DNA of 32,000 nucleotides from Candidatus Saccharimonadota bacterium (GCA_049296095.1 JBAQRV010000001.1:420001-452000), one strand, 5' to 3'. Counted from the stretch's first letter, positions 21,585 to 31,698 are shown. A program made the numbers and translations. Notes: generated from the sequence alone by a model not told the origin.

Positions 21585-22505
21585 ATGTATATGTCCGAAT
21601 TAATCCTCGATTTTATCGAACACCTCGAGGTCGAAGGCGGGCGTTCAGCCAAAACGGCTGAAAACTACCGCCTCTACCTCGAGCGTTTTGTTGAATTTAC
21701 GGGTGATATTGAAGTGGACAAGATTAATAGTGAGCTGGTACGCAAGTACCGCCTGTGGCTCAACCGTTACAAGAATAACAACGACGACGAACTGGCAACA
21801 ATTACTCAGGCCTACCACCTCATCGCCCTGCGCGGCTTCCTCGGCTACCTCCACAAGCGCGATATGGACGTGATGGCACCAAGTAAGATTGAGCTTCCGA
21901 AGGTCAGTCGCAAGCAAGTCACCTTCCTCCACTACGATGAAATCCAACGCCTGATCGACGGCATGGACATCACTAGTGAATCGGGCCTACGCGACCGCGC
22001 TATTATCGAGCTTCTCTTTTCGAGTGGACTGCGTGTTTCAGAACTCGTCAATCTTAACCGAGATCATATTAATACCAAGCGTCGTGAATTCATGGTCCGC
22101 GGTAAGGGTCAAAAAGACCGCCCAATCTTTATTAGTGAATCAGCGGCTGGATGGGTAGATCGCTATCTTGATGCTCGTCAGGATACACTGGCTCCCCTGT
22201 TCATCAGTTACAGCAAAAATGTCGAGGCCAATACCAGCGGTGATTTCCGTCGCCTGACAGCGCGCAGTATTCAACGTATGGTCAATAAGTATGCTCGCCT
22301 CGCTGGCATCACGAAACACGTCAGTCCACACACCATGCGCCATAGCTTTGCGACCGACCTTCTAATGAATGGCGCTGACTTACGAAGCGTCCAGAGCATG
22401 CTAGGTCATAGCAACATCAGTACGACTCAGATCTACACACACGTCACCGATGAACACCTCCGCGAGGTTTACGAAAAATTCCACAGTGAATCTGACAACC
22501 GTTAA
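21585..22505 (+). CDS. Tyrosine site-specific recombinase, XerC/XerD family
   Basis: An N-terminal SAM-like domain, then the catalytic region with LRVSEL, HTMRHSFATDLLMNGADLRSVQSMLGHSNISTTQIYTHV (R..HxxR..Y). Confidence 0.9.
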   Translation: MYMSELILDFIEHLEVEGGRSAKTAENYRLYLERFVEFTGDIEVDKINSELVRKYRLWLNRYKNNNDDELATITQAYHLIALRGFLGYLHKRDMDVMAPSKIELPKVSRKQVTFLHYDEIQRLIDGMDITSESGLRDRAIIELLFSSGLRVSELVNLNRDHINTKRREFMVRGKGQKDRPIFISESAAGWVDRYLDARQDTLAPLFISYSKNVEANTSGDFRRLTARSIQRMVNKYARLAGITKHVSPHTMRHSFATDLLMNGADLRSVQSMLGHSNISTTQIYTHVTDEHLREVYEKFHSESDNR

Positions 22506-23731
22506 GGAGTACAGGCGCCACTAGCAGGTGCAACATATGTCGTGTCGGTGACACTAAAGTCCTTACATAGGTTGCCTGTCAGATCAACGGCGGCATCAGG
22601 ATACGGGAAACTGGTATCGATGAGGTCAACACGGCTCGACACACGGCGGAACAGATCGTTCGCCCGACCAGTCGAGTCAATAATCGGCTGAACGCTATCA
22701 AATCGCACCGAGGCACCACCGTTAGAGAGTGTCGCGCGAAAATGCGTCGCATTATAAAACGGTGTTAAACGAAGGAAGGCAGTGCGGTCACCGCCATTAA
22801 TAGGCTCTGGCAAGATGAGTGTTTGCGTACAAGCATAGCCACCAGCCGAAACGGCTGCTTCACAACGAACTGGTAGTGGCGTGTCATTCCGTTGTTTTTG
22901 TGGAATATCGCCATTAGCATCTTTGGTACGTTGATCGTGGAGAGTAAACGCTTCAGTATTGCCGGCGACCGCTGAGGTTGGGTACATAAAGACCGTATTA
23001 GCGTTACTCTGCCCTGTCGCCGTCGTCGCATCAAAGCTCCCCAAAGTAAACCCATTACCAAATTGCATGAGCTGAGTTCTGAGGACTGATGGTCGATTTA
23101 TTGGCCAACTGGTTTGCCCTAGAAGAGGCTGCGGCTGGGCGACGCCGGTTAAGTTGACTGCGTTAGCGCCAGTTGACGACGTACCAACATCGTCGGCGCT
23201 AAACCACTGAATAGTCACCCTATCAAAACTGCTCTCACCGATCAACGGCACGAGCTTTGATTCACCGGGCGACAGACTTCCCAAATAGTCGTCAGTGATT
23301 AGTTCAATCGTCACACAGGTATATGCCTGATCAAGCGTCACGTCACCTGAACTGCTGGTTTGCTGTATCTTGATCTCGCCCGTCTGTGATCCTCCGCCAC
23401 CAGATACATCACCGCTCCCAATGACATCACCGACTCGCAAAGCTTCATTACAGGCAACATCGTTAATCTGACTGGCAACCAAATCACAGGCAGCCTGGCC
23501 GCCCTCGTTACAAATCTTTTGGTATCGTAGCAATACCCGCTTCCCATCCTCGACACCTGCCTGAGCTGAGTCGTAAGCACTCTGTGATAGATCATTGTTA
23601 CTGGCACGATTTTGATCACCAATCATTAAACGCAGAAAACTCACTGTGACGACTGTGATAAGAAGGGTCGCGAAGACGACCACAAAGAGTGAGACGGCGC
23701 CGGCTTGTCGATGACTGCTTATGCTTTTCAT
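22502..23731 (-). CDS. PilX-N-domain-like large pilus-associated protein (candidate tip or adhesin component)
   Basis: N-terminal QAGAVSLFVVVFATLLITVVTVSFLRL followed by NDLSQSAYDSAQAGVEDG matches the PilX_N pattern (hydrophobic helix, then QA.y.AeaG.e). There is no G/FTLIE prepilin site. It is the last gene of the pilin operon. Confidence 0.6.
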   Translation of the reverse strand: MKSISSHRQAGAVSLFVVVFATLLITVVTVSFLRLMIGDQNRASNNDLSQSAYDSAQAGVEDGKRVLLRYQKICNEGGQAACDLVASQINDVACNEALRVGDVIGSGDVSGGGGSQTGEIKIQQTSSSGDVTLDQAYTCVTIELITDDYLGSLSPGESKLVPLIGESSFDRVTIQWFSADDVGTSSTGANAVNLTGVAQPQPLLGQTSWPINRPSVLRTQLMQFGNGFTLGSFDATTATGQSNANTVFMYPTSAVAGNTEAFTLHDQRTKDANGDIPQKQRNDTPLPVRCEAAVSAGGYACTQTLILPEPINGGDRTAFLRLTPFYNATHFRATLSNGGASVRFDSVQPIIDSTGRANDLFRRVSSRVDLIDTSFPYPDAAVDLTGNLCKDFSVTDTTYVAPASGACTP

Positions 23732-23736
23732 TACTT

Positions 23737-24444
23737 CTAGTTAACCCTATCCCCTGCCCTTACGACAAGCTTGAATTGTTGAACGGTACAATAGGCAAAG
23801 TCAGAATTCGGGTCATTCGGCGGCAAGCATGACGTCTGATCAGAGGTCAAAGCGGATACATTGCCCGTTCCGATCGTAAACGACAGATTATATAATTGCT
23901 GGCCAGTAATCGGATCTTTAGCATTTGTTCCTGATGTAATTGCAAATTGATGAATACTGAGCGTGCGATCACCGGCCTTGAGTAACTCAACGGCCTTGGT
24001 CGTATCGGCGGCTTGTATATCCAAGTATTTGCCGTTGGTCTGCAACACGCAATAGGCGCCGGACGCATCAGGAACTTTCACGAACCTGATTGGGCCTTTG
24101 GCATTCTGTGCGCTATCGACGTACTGAGCACGGTTTGAATCTTGAAATGACTTTGAATAGTTCCATATATATGAATACTGCCCTAAACATAGACGGCCAC
24201 CGGTTGGCAAAGCAATGTACTTGCTACTCAACATGAATGCTTCGCTAGAAGATAGGCTGCGAGTCAGATCATCACTGATCGTACGTGCCGTCTGATTTAC
24301 CTCTTTGAGCGTCATACCTCGGTTGTAGATCGTCCCCACCTGAATGATCGTTAGGGCAATCGCTAACAAAAGCACAGAGATGAAGGACATCGCTAGCACC
24401 AGTTCAATCAGCGTAAAGCCGCGTTGTTTATCCACGTGGTTCAT
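23737..24444 (-). CDS. Prepilin-type minor pilin / pseudopilin
   Basis: N-terminal KQRG|FTLIELVLAMSFISVLLLAIAL is a class III signal with Glu+5. Confidence 0.75.
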   Translation of the reverse strand: MNHVDKQRGFTLIELVLAMSFISVLLLAIALTIIQVGTIYNRGMTLKEVNQTARTISDDLTRSLSSSEAFMLSSKYIALPTGGRLCLGQYSYIWNYSKSFQDSNRAQYVDSAQNAKGPIRFVKVPDASGAYCVLQTNGKYLDIQAADTTKAVELLKAGDRTLSIHQFAITSGTNAKDPITGQQLYNLSFTIGTGNVSALTSDQTSCLPPNDPNSDFAYCTVQQFKLVVRAGDRVN

Positions 24445-25063
24445 ATAACCTCACAATCGTTCCTTGTGTAGACGGAATTGACGATCCAGCACTATCCCAA
24501 CATGACAAAATATGAAAATCGATATAGCCCGTATTCGCTTGATTGCCGCCGTCAGCGGTGTTAGTACGCGAACGCACCGCTTCAATCCATAAACCATTCG
24601 CATTATTAAAAGAATTATCACTGTTATAAAAGATCTGGGCGAACGTGTTGCCCGGAAGGGCCTTATCGGCAGAGGCCACAAAACGAACATTCAAGGGGTC
24701 AACGATAAAGCTGCCAGTCGGTGTCGTCGCTGGACAATCACTGACACCAGAGGCTGACGTCTTCCCAGTCGCGACAATTGAATTTAACATTTTGTACCAC
24801 TCCTCAGCTGGTGAAGTTGTTGCATCAGTAGTGTCAAAGGTCATACCGGATTGATACACAGCAACGTAGGAGTCATGCATAAAGCGGAGTGTCTCGGCCT
24901 GGGCATCAATTTGCTGACGTACCAATGTAATCTCGAGTGAACGCTGCGAGGCAGCCGTACCTTGATTCATAATGGCAAGTGACCCAACCACCACGAAGCT
25001 AAACACGCTGATTGCAAACAGCACTTCAATCAAGGTGTCACCGCGTTCTTTTATCCTAAGCAT
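24428..25063 (-). CDS. Prepilin-like minor pilin with atypical +1 residue (G|DTLIE)
   Basis: N-terminal KERG|DTLIEVLFAISVFSFVVVGSLAI. The gene overlaps both neighbouring genes (17 and 13 nt). Confidence 0.7.
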   Translation of the reverse strand: MLRIKERGDTLIEVLFAISVFSFVVVGSLAIMNQGTAASQRSLEITLVRQQIDAQAETLRFMHDSYVAVYQSGMTFDTTDATTSPAEEWYKMLNSIVATGKTSASGVSDCPATTPTGSFIVDPLNVRFVASADKALPGNTFAQIFYNSDNSFNNANGLWIEAVRSRTNTADGGNQANTGYIDFHILSCWDSAGSSIPSTQGTIVRLYEPRG

Positions 25064-25860
25064 CGTAATGATTTGTCCGTTGAATTTGAATTTGGATCAG
25101 CCCAAAACGCATCCGATCTCGTCTCGATTGAGCTGGGCCCATTGGCATAGGGATAGATAAAAATCGAAGAATCACCCGCAGTCAGGACGCCACCCGAATC
25201 AATACATAGTGTACGCGAAGCCTGACCTGGGAGGGTCTCGCCCGTCACCAACATAGCCCTGAGTGTCGCGGGTGTCGGTGTGCTTGGAACTGAATCACTT
25301 GAAAAAGTATAAATCTGACCACTGTCAGGCGACCTAATGAATAACAAGGCGATTGAACGTGGCGTCGTCGGTGACTGCGTTCCGATACCTTGGCTAGGCC
25401 AAGCAATTTGCGTCCCCCATTCAAGTATCGACTCTTCTTTCGTGACAGTTGAGAGATTTAAAGTATAGTTTGCCCGTAATTTTTCGATGTCGTTGCCAGT
25501 GGTCGACAAAGTCGTCGCTGGATAGCCCACTACACTTTGAATGGTAACTGCCGAAGCCTCGATCGTCATGTACCGCCCTAGCAACACGCAGCGACTCTGT
25601 CCCCTGACTTCACTGCCACCTTCAACTGTTTGAGCCTGATTATCACAGGTCCATGTATTATCACGTTCATTCTTCACACTCGCTAGCTCACTGTACTGAT
25701 CTTGGAGTTGTGTTTTAAACGTCTCAACTGCATCGCGGTAGCGCTGTATCTGGATCGTCACCCCAACACCAGCGACCATTGCCACAATCAATACACCACT
25801 AATTGCCAGGAAAAGCATGGTTTCAATGATCGTAAATCCGCTCGTTTTTTGAGTGCCCAT
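25051..25860 (-). CDS. Prepilin-type minor pilin / pseudopilin
   Basis: N-terminal QKTSG|FTIIETMLFLAISGVLIVAMVAG. Confidence 0.75.
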   Translation of the reverse strand: MGTQKTSGFTIIETMLFLAISGVLIVAMVAGVGVTIQIQRYRDAVETFKTQLQDQYSELASVKNERDNTWTCDNQAQTVEGGSEVRGQSRCVLLGRYMTIEASAVTIQSVVGYPATTLSTTGNDIEKLRANYTLNLSTVTKEESILEWGTQIAWPSQGIGTQSPTTPRSIALLFIRSPDSGQIYTFSSDSVPSTPTPATLRAMLVTGETLPGQASRTLCIDSGGVLTAGDSSIFIYPYANGPSSIETRSDAFWADPNSNSTDKSLRCLG

Positions 25861-25895
25861 TTGAGGCCCATTATACCATAAGCACTACTGTGCTT

Positions 25896-26780
25896 TTATG
25901 GCATCAGGCCAAAGGTATAAAATTCCACCAAGGACGGTCCAATGAAAAATGCAATGACTGTCCCAGCAATAAGCAATGGACCAAATGGAACGTGTGAGCT
26001 TCTTTTCAACTTGCCTGTTATCATAAGTGGGATCACAACGAGACAGCCAATAAAGTTCGCAAGGAACAGAGCGACAATAGCGAGCTGCCAGTCAGCAAGC
26101 AAGAGAGCTAATCCGACACCAAGCTTTACATCACCAAAGCCAACCCAGCGCCCATTAGACACTCGATACAAAATGAGATAGAGTCCGCTAAGAATGCCTA
26201 CAGCGCCGAGCGCACTCAGAACTGTTTCTACAGGGTTGATTGACTGAATCGCCGCCAGTATGACATTAACCGCTCCTACGCCCGCCAAAATAGCCGTCAA
26301 CTTGTCTGGCAAGAGATACCACTTGGAATCATAAGCAAACAACATAGCAAGAATGACTCCAGATATAAGCCAAACAATAAAACGAGCAATCTCAAATGGA
26401 GATTCGAGACCGAACGGCCAAAACATATAAGACACAACAAAGAAGCCCGCCATACCAATCTCAATCAGCGGTTCAAAATAGCCAATCGGCTTGTGGCAAT
26501 GACGACACTTCCCTCGTAAGGCTACCCAGCTCACAATCGGGATCAAATCGTACCACTTCAGCTCGTATCCGCAGTGCAGACACTGCGAACGATCCTTTGA
26601 CAGCTTGCGCTTGGTCAGTTTTTCAAGTCGAGCATATTCTTTTTCATCAACCGGCTCTTTATGTTTTTTGTCGTATTTGAGTTGACGAGCACGAAGCCGC
26701 CAGACGGTCGCCCCCGCAAAACTTCCCAGACAGACACCCAGCAAAATAAGGGCCAAGTAAATCACATATTCCATAAGCAC
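25896..26780 (-). CDS. pilD: Prepilin peptidase (A24 family)
   Basis: It has the Zn-finger-like CLHCGYELKWYDLIPIVSWVALRGKCRHC, the GFGDVKL aspartyl active-site motif, and a polytopic membrane topology. Confidence 0.9.
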   Translation of the reverse strand: MLMEYVIYLALILLGVCLGSFAGATVWRLRARQLKYDKKHKEPVDEKEYARLEKLTKRKLSKDRSQCLHCGYELKWYDLIPIVSWVALRGKCRHCHKPIGYFEPLIEIGMAGFFVVSYMFWPFGLESPFEIARFIVWLISGVILAMLFAYDSKWYLLPDKLTAILAGVGAVNVILAAIQSINPVETVLSALGAVGILSGLYLILYRVSNGRWVGFGDVKLGVGLALLLADWQLAIVALFLANFIGCLVVIPLMITGKLKRSSHVPFGPLLIAGTVIAFFIGPSLVEFYTFGLMP

Positions 26781-26798
26781 TATGATATCAGATTATGG

Positions 26799-27320
26799 CT
26801 AGTTATTCTGACAATAAATACTACCGCTCGATGGACCACTCTCGAGAGCGACCACGACCGATGCTTGCTTGGTTGTTCCCTTTACGAGAATCGGCAGACC
26901 GGTTGAGCTGCTCGTGCCGCACTTATAGCCAAACCATACTTTAATTTGATCCTGGTACAATGTATTGTTGCCTGTCGTAGCATTCCCCAAGAGATCAGCA
27001 GTTAACGGATCGACGTTAGCAGTGTAAGCAGTTGAGCGACGGGTAATCGTCGTCCCGCTCTCGAGCGTTGTCGCGCTGGTTGAGCCAGTGACATATTGAG
27101 TAATCTGCGCTTCAGTTGGGATCGTATTACGGTTGTTGCTCATGTAGCTCTGGATAGCCGAAACGACCGTACCGACTTCGCTTTTACGCGCAGAGTCACG
27201 CTGGCTTCGTTGCAATGCAGGAAGCGCAATAAATACCATCAAGAAGATAAGACCAGCAATGGCGAGCACCAAGACGACCTCGATGATTGTGAATCCTTTT
27301 GTTTTTTGTTGAACGTTCAT
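26799..27320 (-). CDS. pilA: Type IV major pilin
   Basis: MNVQQKTKG|FTIIEVVLVLAIAGLIFLMVFIALPALQRSQRDSARKSEV, plus a C-terminal Cys pair (KCG...YCQNN). I prefer ATG at 27320, which has SD AAGGTGG 11 nt upstream. The track's GTG at 27335 lies inside that SD. Confidence 0.8.
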   Translation of the reverse strand: MNVQQKTKGFTIIEVVLVLAIAGLIFLMVFIALPALQRSQRDSARKSEVGTVVSAIQSYMSNNRNTIPTEAQITQYVTGSTSATTLESGTTITRRSTAYTANVDPLTADLLGNATTGNNTLYQDQIKVWFGYKCGTSSSTGLPILVKGTTKQASVVVALESGPSSGSIYCQNN

Positions 27321-27367
27321 AGGAACTTTTTCCACCTTTCGTATGAACAGATTTACTGCTTATGCCT

Positions 27368-27396
27368 ATAGTAGCCCACTGCGAGGCGATTGTCTA
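27368..27396 (-). promoter_or_regulatory. Putative pilA promoter (TAGACA, 17 nt, TACTAT)
   Basis: The minus-strand hexamers lie at 27391-27396 (overlapping the pilC stop) and 27368-27373, with a 17-nt spacer. Confidence 0.45.
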
Positions 27397-28605
27397 GATG
27401 TTCATGCCGTTTACGAGTCCGTAGATTGGTAACAAGATTGCCCCAACCATACCGCCTGCGACAACCGCCAAGACAACCATCAGGATAGGCTCGATAGCCG
27501 TTGAAATTGTCCGGATCTCTTCATCGAGTTCATCCTCGTACACCTGCGCCACCTTCCCCATCATTTCGTCGATCCGACCAGACTGTTCACCAATCTTGAT
27601 CATTTGAGGCACAAGTGGCAAAATAACCGTTTCTGGTTCGAGAGCGGTCGAAAGTGCCTTACCACCCTGCACTTTGTCGGTTGCACGATTAATACTGGTA
27701 GAGACAAGAGTGTTATTGATAGCCCGACTCGTTACTTTGAGCATATCAAGCATACTGACACCGGTACTAAGCAGTGTCTGTCCAGTACGAGCAAAGCGCG
27801 CCATATACAATTTTTGGAACATTTTTCCGAATACTGGCACTTTTAATTTGAAAGTGTCGACAAAGCGAATACCCGCTTCGGTCTTGAGGTACTGTATCAA
27901 GAAATAAATGCCAACACCCACGGCGATGACAACAATCCACCAGAAACTTGCCAGGAAACTCGCCGTACTCACCATCACCTGTGTCAACAATGGGAGTTGT
28001 TTGTCGAGGTCGGCGTAGAGTTTCTCAACTTGTGGTACTACTGTAAAGAGCATGAAGGCGAGAACACCAAAGATAACGACCAGCACGATAATTGGATAGG
28101 TCAAAGCACCACGAATTTTGCTAATTGTGGCCGCATCCTTCTCCTGTTGATTGGCAACACGCATCAAAGCCTCATCAAGCGTTCCTGACAGCTCTCCGGC
28201 AGCGATCAATGAGATGAACACCTCATCGAACACCTTTGGGTGCTTGGAAAATGAGTCAGATAATGACTTTCCACCTTCAACGGCTGAGGAAATCTCTTGG
28301 ATAACCGACTGGAGCTGCTTGTTCTGAGTCTGTTCTTGCACAGTATGCAAACTTTGGCTCAGTGGTAATCCAGCGCCAATCAGAGTTGCCAGCTGACGAG
28401 TAAAGACGACTCGGTCCTTGGTCGTAATACGTCCCGTCAGACGCGACAAAAAGCTCCCGTCACCCATTTGCTCACGAATCGACAGCGGCACAAAGCCCTG
28501 CTTGATCAGCAAGCGAGCGGCGGCATTCTCAGAATCAGCCTGTAAAGTGGCCTTGGTGATTTTGTTCGTCGCCTGGTCACGGGCTTCATAAGCAAATTTC
28601 TTCAC
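27394..28605 (-). CDS. pilC: Type IV pilus platform protein (GspF/PilC family)
   Basis: 403 aa with two T2SSF repeats and three TM segments, and a typical PilC N-terminus (MKKFAYEARDQATNKITKATLQADSENAAARLL). The start codon is GTG. Confidence 0.9.
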   Translation of the reverse strand: MKKFAYEARDQATNKITKATLQADSENAAARLLIKQGFVPLSIREQMGDGSFLSRLTGRITTKDRVVFTRQLATLIGAGLPLSQSLHTVQEQTQNKQLQSVIQEISSAVEGGKSLSDSFSKHPKVFDEVFISLIAAGELSGTLDEALMRVANQQEKDAATISKIRGALTYPIIVLVVIFGVLAFMLFTVVPQVEKLYADLDKQLPLLTQVMVSTASFLASFWWIVVIAVGVGIYFLIQYLKTEAGIRFVDTFKLKVPVFGKMFQKLYMARFARTGQTLLSTGVSMLDMLKVTSRAINNTLVSTSINRATDKVQGGKALSTALEPETVILPLVPQMIKIGEQSGRIDEMMGKVAQVYEDELDEEIRTISTAIEPILMVVLAVVAGGMVGAILLPIYGLVNGMNI

Positions 28606-28608
28606 GAA

Positions 28609-29679
28609 CTATCCTCGCATCAGCCTTTCAAATTCGGTTAAGTCAACGGCAAACTCACGGGCACTGTCATACGTAATGGTACCGGCCTGTACAAGGCTGA
28701 CAAGGGTACGGTCCATTGTCTGCATACCTTGGTCAGCGCCAGTTTGAATAATGGCGTCGAGTTGATGCGCCTTACCTTCACGAATAATATTACGAACCGC
28801 TGGGTTGGCGACCAGGATTTCAGCCGCGGCAACTCGTCCCCCACCGATTGATGGAATCAAACGCTGTGACACAATCGCCATGAGGATGTTTGAAAGTTGT
28901 GCCCGAATCTGTGGCTGTTGGTGTGGCGGGAAGACGTCAATCATACGGTCAATCGATTGTGCCGCTGAGTTGGTGTGAAGCGTTGCAAACACCAAGTGTC
29001 CCGTTTCAGCGATCGTAATTGCTGCCGAGATAGTCTCGAGGTCACGCATCTCACCGATGAGCACAACATCTGGATCCTGACGAAGGCTGGAACGAAGCGC
29101 CGCCGAGAAGCTATAGGTGTCATAGTGGACTTCACGCTGGACGACGACTGATTTCTTTGATTTGTGCGTAAATTCAATTGGGTCTTCGATGGTAATAATG
29201 TGGTTTGAACGCTCGGTGTTGATTTTATCGACAAGCGCCGCCAAAGTTGTCGACTTACCACTTCCTGTTGGGCCAGTAATCAACACAAGCCCACGTGGAT
29301 AATCAGCAAAATTCAATACTACATTTGGCAATCCCAGCTCGGTGATCGACTTGATTTCATTAGGGATCAAACGGAGCGCCGCTGCCAAATTGCCACGTTC
29401 ATGAAAAGCGTTCACACGGAAACGTCCAAGTGTTCCAAAAGCAAAGCTAAAGTCGAACTCCTTGTCCTTCAAAAGAATCTGGCGTTGATCCTGGTCGAGA
29501 ATGGCGAAAATAAGCGTCTCAATCCCCGCTTCATCAAGCGGGTTAAAGCCAGCGATTGGTACCAAAGCACCGTCGATACGGAGCATCGGTGGCAAACCCA
29601 CCTGTAAGTGAAGGTCAGAAGCCTTACGCTTGACGACTTCTTCTAGTAATACTTCGATTCTTAGTTCTTGGTTCTGCAT
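28609..29679 (-). CDS. pilT: Type IV pilus retraction ATPase
   Basis: It has SDLHLQVGLPPMLRIDG, Walker A GPTGSGKSTT, the Asp and His boxes, and the AHQLDAIIQTG motif characteristic of PilT. Confidence 0.9.
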   Translation of the reverse strand: MQNQELRIEVLLEEVVKRKASDLHLQVGLPPMLRIDGALVPIAGFNPLDEAGIETLIFAILDQDQRQILLKDKEFDFSFAFGTLGRFRVNAFHERGNLAAALRLIPNEIKSITELGLPNVVLNFADYPRGLVLITGPTGSGKSTTLAALVDKINTERSNHIITIEDPIEFTHKSKKSVVVQREVHYDTYSFSAALRSSLRQDPDVVLIGEMRDLETISAAITIAETGHLVFATLHTNSAAQSIDRMIDVFPPHQQPQIRAQLSNILMAIVSQRLIPSIGGGRVAAAEILVANPAVRNIIREGKAHQLDAIIQTGADQGMQTMDRTLVSLVQAGTITYDSAREFAVDLTEFERLMRG

Positions 29680-29693
29680 ATGTTCTCCACCTT

Positions 29694-31457
29694 TTATGCC
29701 GTATCAGACGTGACGCGATTAACTTCCTCAAGGGTCGTCAGTCCTGTGAGTGCTTTGAGATAGCCATCCTGACGCATCGTGATCATCCCCTGCGAGACAG
29801 CCAAGCGTTGAATCTCGGAACTGGTGGCGTGAGAGATAATCAATTTTTGAATATCACTGTTTACATCCATCACTTCGTAGATCCCAGCACGACCACTGTA
29901 GCCATGCGGCGTCTGAGGACTATCAATACCTCTTACCAAAGTATAAGCGCTTTGGCCCGCCAAAGGAAGGTCTTTGTAGCCTAAATCAGCAGAAACTTTG
30001 GCGACATCGGCCTGGGTTTTCGGCAATAGATGCCCGACCGTCGCCATAATGTTCTGCGTTTCTATTGGCGATGACTGATAGGTTTCGTGTTTTGGACTGA
30101 CTCGACGCACCAATCGCTGACCAATAATTGTGTTCACGGTACTCGCAATCAAAAATGGTTCGACGTTCATATCAAGGAGACGCGGCAACACCCCCGCAGC
30201 AGAGTTTGTGTGAAGCGTACTAAAGACTAGGTGGCCCGTCAGGGCTGCCTGCACCGCCAAGGCGGCCGTTTCGGCATCACGAATCTCCCCCACCATCACG
30301 ACGTCAGGATCCTGACGCAAGATGGATCGCAGACCGTTAGCAAAGGTCAAACCAACATCAGCATTAACCTGGATCTGGTTTACGCCCTCCATCTTGTACT
30401 CGACAGGGTCTTCAAGCGTCACAATATTGACCGTATCGTTCTTAATTTCTTTAATCAAAGCATAAAGACTAGTCGACTTACCTGATCCAGTTGGCCCAGA
30501 GGTCAGCACCATACCGTTCGGACGTTTCACTCCACGGCGAATCACCCGTAGCGCCCGTCCAGCATAGCCCATTTCTTCAATATCGAACGAATTTCCTGTT
30601 TTGTCGAGCAATCGAATCACGATCTGCTCACCCCATACCACTGGGCTAATAGCAATACGAAGGTCTACCTCTTTTCCAGCAATCTTCACCGTGAACTGAC
30701 CGTCTTGTGGCACGCGATGTTCGTCAATCTTTAGGTTGGCAAGAATCTTCACGCGACTAACAAGCGCTGGTTCAATGCTCTTTGGTAGCTGCATGACCTC
30801 GCGTAACACACCATCAACACGACAACGAATCTTGAGGGCATTCTCGAGCGGTTCGACATGAATATCACTGGCACGAGACTTAATAGCATATTCCAGGATC
30901 TTACTGAGCGCCTGCGAAATCGGTGAATCTTGAACGATCGTCTTTACATCACTGGCTTCGTCGGCCTTAGCCTCTTCTTGTGACACCTCGGCAGCCTTGT
31001 CGACACTCGAGAGGTCGGTACGATATTGGTCGAGGACGTGACGCACACCGGCTTCTGAGGCCATAAATACCTTCAATGGCCGTTGGATACGATTCGCCAA
31101 GTAGTCCACTGCCTGGACGTTATTGGCATCGATCATGGCAACGGCCAGACGATTTTGAACCTCTGCCAGAGGAACAGCCATGAAACGTTCGGCAATGTCT
31201 TCGGGCAGCAACGCCAAGATATTCTGATCAATAATTGTGTTCGTCAGATTGACATAAGGGACACCAGACACCTGGGCAATCGCATGGGTTAATAATTCAT
31301 CATCAACTATGTTCTGATCGGTCAACAGGCTGAACAGTGGCTTGTTAGTCTTAACAGCTGTATCTTCCGCCAATTTTAAGACGTCGCTTGCCACCAAACC
31401 TTCATCGACCAGTAGTTTGACTAATTTTCCCTGGATATCATCGGTCAAGAGTGCCAT
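29694..31457 (-). CDS. pilB: Type IV pilus assembly ATPase (GspE/PilB family)
   Basis: It has an N-terminal T2SSE_N domain, Walker A GPTGSGKSTS, and the motifs ILRQDPDVVMVGEIRD and TGHLVFSTLHTN. I moved the start to ATG at 31457 (MALLTDDIQGKL) because the track's 31574 start overlaps the upstream ORF by about 100 nt. Confidence 0.9.
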   Translation of the reverse strand: MALLTDDIQGKLVKLLVDEGLVASDVLKLAEDTAVKTNKPLFSLLTDQNIVDDELLTHAIAQVSGVPYVNLTNTIIDQNILALLPEDIAERFMAVPLAEVQNRLAVAMIDANNVQAVDYLANRIQRPLKVFMASEAGVRHVLDQYRTDLSSVDKAAEVSQEEAKADEASDVKTIVQDSPISQALSKILEYAIKSRASDIHVEPLENALKIRCRVDGVLREVMQLPKSIEPALVSRVKILANLKIDEHRVPQDGQFTVKIAGKEVDLRIAISPVVWGEQIVIRLLDKTGNSFDIEEMGYAGRALRVIRRGVKRPNGMVLTSGPTGSGKSTSLYALIKEIKNDTVNIVTLEDPVEYKMEGVNQIQVNADVGLTFANGLRSILRQDPDVVMVGEIRDAETAALAVQAALTGHLVFSTLHTNSAAGVLPRLLDMNVEPFLIASTVNTIIGQRLVRRVSPKHETYQSSPIETQNIMATVGHLLPKTQADVAKVSADLGYKDLPLAGQSAYTLVRGIDSPQTPHGYSGRAGIYEVMDVNSDIQKLIISHATSSEIQRLAVSQGMITMRQDGYLKALTGLTTLEEVNRVTSDTA

Positions 31458-31470
31458 TGCGAGAAGCCCC

Positions 31471-31698
31471 TTACTGACTGCCCGAGCCGACTTGTACTTC
31501 GACTGCTGGGTTAATCGCATTTTCATTAAAGATGGCTGGGTCAGGCTCGACAATGTCGGCATTAATCTTCTCAACGGTTTTCACCTTTACACTTTCACTC
31601 TCAGCCCCACCAAAAATTGCTTGGGTGGCAAAGAATGAAACAAGGATGCTCACCGAGGCGATAAGGACAATCATTGCTATATCGGTCTTTTTCATCAC
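31471..31698 (-). CDS. Small single-pass membrane protein in the pilus assembly operon
   Basis: 75 aa with the TM helix IAMIVLIASVSILVSFFATQAIF. It has a 4-nt overlap with the upstream PilO-like ORF and ends 13 nt before pilB. Confidence 0.5.
   Translation of the reverse strand: MMKKTDIAMIVLIASVSILVSFFATQAIFGGAESESVKVKTVEKINADIVEPDPAIFNENAINPAVEVQVGSGSQ

Noticed and set aside
31458-31574. N-terminal 39-codon extension of pilB in the track
   Set aside because: It overlaps the upstream 75-aa ORF by about 100 nt and has no PilB-like sequence. ATG at 31457 gives a normal T2SSE_N start with an AGGGG motif upstream.
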